DNA of 64,000 nucleotides, taken from the NCBI RefSeq assembly GCF_036321535.1, contig NC_087437.1:18230001-18294000 (forward strand), given 5' to 3'. Position 1 is the stretch's first letter, and each line of letters begins with the position of its first letter. Below the pieces are notes generated by a model. That model had not been told where the DNA came from. It worked only from the letters and a program-made list of their open reading frames with translations, and did not search any database. Both the position numbers and the translations under genes were made by a program. Positions 62,150 to 64,000 of the stretch are shown in pieces. This DNA comes from Camelus dromedarius (taxonomy: Eukaryota).

Positions 62150-64000
62150 TTGTGTGGTAGCCGCATGGGTCACTCATGCTGTCTCAGCACAGAAGCAGTG
62201 ATTGGAAAGGACCCTGGGTAAGACCGAATTGCTGATCTTAGAGATCCTCTTGGAGAGATAGAAGGCAATTGGGACTCCTCTTGGGGACACAGATGCTGGC
62301 AGCAACCATTTTGGGAGCTTGTCTACCACAAGGACACAGGTGCAGACAAGTACCATGCTGGAGTCCTCCCTCTAGCCTGTAAGGAGCTAGCTGGGGGCTT
62401 CCCTGCTCACCAGCCAGCCAGCACCAGTCCTGGGCCTCCCCAGCCACACAGCCAGCCACCCCCGGACCAAGATCTTCTCATCAGTGGGTCAGCACCAGCC
62501 TCAGACCCCTCTGGCCCACAGCCAGCTGATCCAGAATCCCTGGGCCCCATGGCCAACCATACCAGGGCCCAGCCCTGCACATCGGGAGGCCAGCACCAGA
62601 CCTAGGATGCCTCCCCCTCCAGATTATGCACCCAGCCACACTGGGACCCAGCCCACCTCCCAGCAGGCCAGCACCAGCCTGGAACATCCTGGACCACACA
62701 GCCAGCCATGCCAAGACCTGGCCCCAGCTACTAGTGCACCCACATTAGGCAGCCCCATCACAACAGAAGGACTCATACAGCTCACACAGCTGGCACCCCT
62801 AGAGCTTAGAGCTCTGGTGACCAGAGAGGAGTGTGCTGCTGGGTCCTATAGGAGTCTCCTACATAAGACCACTTCTCCAAGATCAGTAAACATAACCAAT
62901 CTTTCTAATATATAGAAATGAACTCAGAAAATTAGGCAAAATTGGGAGACATTTTGACATACTCCTCTAAGGAAACAGGAATATGTTGCAAGTGAAGGAA
63001 CAAAACTCCAGGAGAACGAAGCAAACTGGAGATGAGCAATCTAACTAATAAAGAGTTCAAGGTAATGAACATAAAGATGCTAAAGAAATACAGGAGAAGA
63101 ATAGATGGACACAGTGAGAAGTTTAACAGAGAGTTAAAGACTGTAAAGAAGAACCAAACAGAGCTAAAGAATACAATAAGTGAAATAAAAAATACACTAC
63201 AAGGAATCAGCCATAGGTTAGATGATGCAGAGGGAACGGATCCATGAACTGAAAGACAGAATAGTGGAAATCACCCAAGCAGAACAGAAAAAAAAATTTT
63301 TTTAAAAATGAAGATAGGTTAAGAGACCTCTGAGACAATATCAAGCATACTAACATTTGCATTAAAGGAGTCCCAGAAGGAGAAGAGAGAGAGAAAGGGG
63401 CAGAGAACTTATTTGAAGAAATAATTGCTGAAAATTCCCTAACCGGGGAAAGAAAACAAAAATTCAGGTCCAGGATGCACAGAGTCCCAAACAAGATGAA
63501 CCCAAAGAGGTCTACACATTATAATTAAAATGGCAAAATTAAAGATAGAGAATCTCAAAAACAGCAAGAGAAAAACAACTAGTTACATACAAGGAAACTC
63601 CCATAAGACTATAAGCTGACTTTTCAGCAGAAACTTTTCAGGTCAGAAGGGAGTGACACAACATGAAAAGATGCTAAAATTACTAATTATCAGGAAAATG
63701 CAACTCAAAACCACAATGAGATATTACCTCACACCTGTCAGAATGGCTATTATCAAAGAGACAACAAGTAGCAAGTGTTGGTGAAGATGTGGAGAAAAGA
63801 AAGCCCTTGTGCACTGTTGGGGGAATGTAAATTGGTACAGCCACCCTGGAAAACATTTTAGAGGTTTCTTAAAAAATTAAAAACAGAACTAGTATATAAT
63901 CCAGCAATTCCACTTTTAAGTATTTTTCCAAAGAATACAAAAATACTAATTCAAAAAGACATATTAACCCCTATGTTCATTGCAGCATTAATTATAAAAG
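62150..64000 (+). mobile_element. Degenerate L1: 5'UTR, ORF1, then a jump to the ORF2 3' region; runs off the window
   Basis: KEFKVMNIKML...KKNQTELKNTISEIKNTLQGI (ORF1 coiled coil); from about 63670 gaaaatgcaactcaaaaccacaatgagatattacctcacacc (ORF2 C-terminus). Confidence 0.88.

Noticed and set aside
62150..64000. Active full-length L1
   Set aside because: ORF1 has stops and frameshifts and most of ORF2 is deleted; the same applies to 22490-25480.
1..64000. A novel multi-gene, defence or viral system
   Set aside because: All recognisable coding signal is explained by DZIP1L, A4GNT and decayed L1; I saw no gag/pol/env, transposase or other unexplained domain-bearing ORF.

Overview
Mammalian genomic DNA, very probably camelid (several copies of a tRNA-Ala-derived, Vic-1-like SINE). 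The window holds two intact minus-strand genes in the conserved order DZIP1L - A4GNT. DZIP1L (ciliary transition-zone C2H2/coiled-coil protein) has 15 coding exons from 36351 down to 4884; I joined them by hand into a 2232-nt CDS (743 aa, all GT-AG, frame preserved), with a CpG-island promoter near 42.7-43.3 kb. A4GNT (alpha-1,4-N-acetylglucosaminyltransferase) has two coding exons (55381-54971, 51773-51159; 341 aa) and a probable non-coding first exon near 57.5 kb. The rest is interspersed repeat (L1, SINE, MIR, L2, MaLR/ERVL LTRs, DNA-transposon MITEs) and simple repeat. I found no convincing new multi-gene system. The best leads are a 630-bp solo ERV LTR carrying a 23-bp CCAAT array and two octamer motifs between the genes, a frame-open antisense exon candidate in DZIP1L intron 12, three in-frame competing donors on DZIP1L exon 14, and apparent divergence of DZIP1L. 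Comparisons with human orthologues and repeat-family names come from memory, not from a search.
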